Part shown: positions 62,925 through 64,000 of the stretch, one piece after another
How the letters are laid out: each line of letters opens with the position of its first letter
How positions within the stretch are numbered: the stretch's first letter is position 1
DNA from: Macrostomum lignano
Lineage: Eukaryota
DNA length: 64,000 bases
Reading direction: 5' to 3'
NCBI GenBank assembly: GCA_002269645.1
Contig: NIVC01000838.1
Coordinates: 248,001 to 312,000, forward strand
Translations under genes and position numbers: made by a program
The notes under the pieces: generated by a model
Databases searched by the model: none
What the model saw: only the letters and a program-made list of their open reading frames with translations
What the model was told of the DNA's origin: nothing

Positions 62925-63378
62925 CTTGACAGGGAGGCAGGGAGAGACAGGGAGAGACAGGGAGAGACAGGGGGAGATATATAGAGGCAGGGAGCGGAGA
63001 GAGGCAGATTCAAGCACTGAGGGAGAGGCAGATTCAAGCACTGAGGGAGAGGCAGATTCAAGCACTGAGGGAGAGGCAGATTCAAGCACTGAGGGAGGGG
63101 AGAGAGGCAGATTCAAGCACTGAGGGAGCGGAGAGAGGCAGATTCAAGCACTGAGGGAGCGGAGAGAAGCAGATTCTGGCACTGAGGGAGCGGAGAGAGG
63201 CAGATTCAAGCACTGAGGGAGCGGAGAGAGGCAGATTCAAGCACTGAGGGAGCGGAGAGAGGCAGATTCAAGCACTGAGGGAGCGGAGAGAGGCAGATTC
63301 AAGCACTGAGGGAGAGGCAGATTCAAGCACTGAGGGAGAGGCAGATTCAAGCACTGAGGGAGAGGCAGATTCAAGCAC
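62925..63378. repeat. (CAGGGAGAGA)n plus 24/31-bp minisatellite (GAGGGAGCGGAGAGAGGCAGATTCAAGCACT)
   Basis: Direct tandem units. Confidence 0.9.
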
Positions 63379-64000
63379 ACACAAGCCTATTCAATGCCAC
63401 GCATATTTGGATTGTCAAAAAAATGTCTTCGGCTTGCAAATTGTGAGTAGTTATTCTGTAAATTTTGAATTTATTGAATTATCATTAGTACAAAAATGCA
63501 CACGGACCTGCGTAGTGCTACTTAAAGTATGATGAAGTAGATATTTCCCAAACGCGGTTGCAGATAAAGTACAATTACTAAAGATCAAAGGCACAGAGAA
63601 TTTACATTCGTACTTAAAAACTAGAGCTTTGGACAGTAAGTAATTACAAATCTGAATATTTAAAATGAAATGCATAAAAGACATGAGTACGATCTCATTT
63701 ATATAAATTTAAAGTACAAAAGTTATTAATTTAAGTCATGTACTACTTGCACTAATAGTTAGTTAGATAAGCAGAGCTTGTCACTCAGTGCGGGCGTCAA
63801 CAATTTGTTAACTGAGGAATCTCAGCCAGCGCCTACTAACAAGTAGCGCATAAAGAATATGTAGCGAATCTCTTACAGTTTGTGTGGAAACTTTTGCACA
63901 GTGAAAATTAAATAAAAACGTTCAATGAGGAATTTCATAAGCCCTAAACTTTATAAAGACTAAACCTTATCCCTAAGTCTAGACTTCACTGAGCTCACAA

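Overview
Eukaryotic animal genomic DNA with GC-rich, Ala/Gly-rich exons, GT-AG introns and a very high density of unrelated mini- and microsatellites. The style resembles the free-living flatworm Macrostomum, but that is an inference and not proven here. Genes supported by the sequence: the 3' part of an ADAM-family protease (+, exons 1218-2228, 2465-2967 and probably 3795-4167); an intronless neprilysin/ECE-like M13 protein lacking the zinc motifs (-, 8011-10449); a complete five-exon cathepsin F (-, 33108-36540); a two-exon protein with two RING-type domains and two C-terminal hydrophobic helices (+, 40654-43099); two tandem paralogous small secreted peptide precursors sharing the core SLQxIxYKLGH (+, 46498-46791 and 48665-48946); and a small TATA-driven ORF (+, 62237-62527). 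Mobile DNA: two inverted copies of a 450-bp MITE with 8-bp TSDs, a Charlie-like hAT MITE, a 3.44-kb CMC/EnSpm-like TIR element containing a Ty3/Gypsy 3' fragment and LTR, and a 4.9-kb TIR element sitting in a (TG)n tract with an internal ~663-bp tandem array. A ~2.8-kb block is duplicated across a 201-N gap and is probably an assembly artefact. The strongest novel candidate is the peptide-precursor pair. No CRISPR array, rRNA or tRNA was found.
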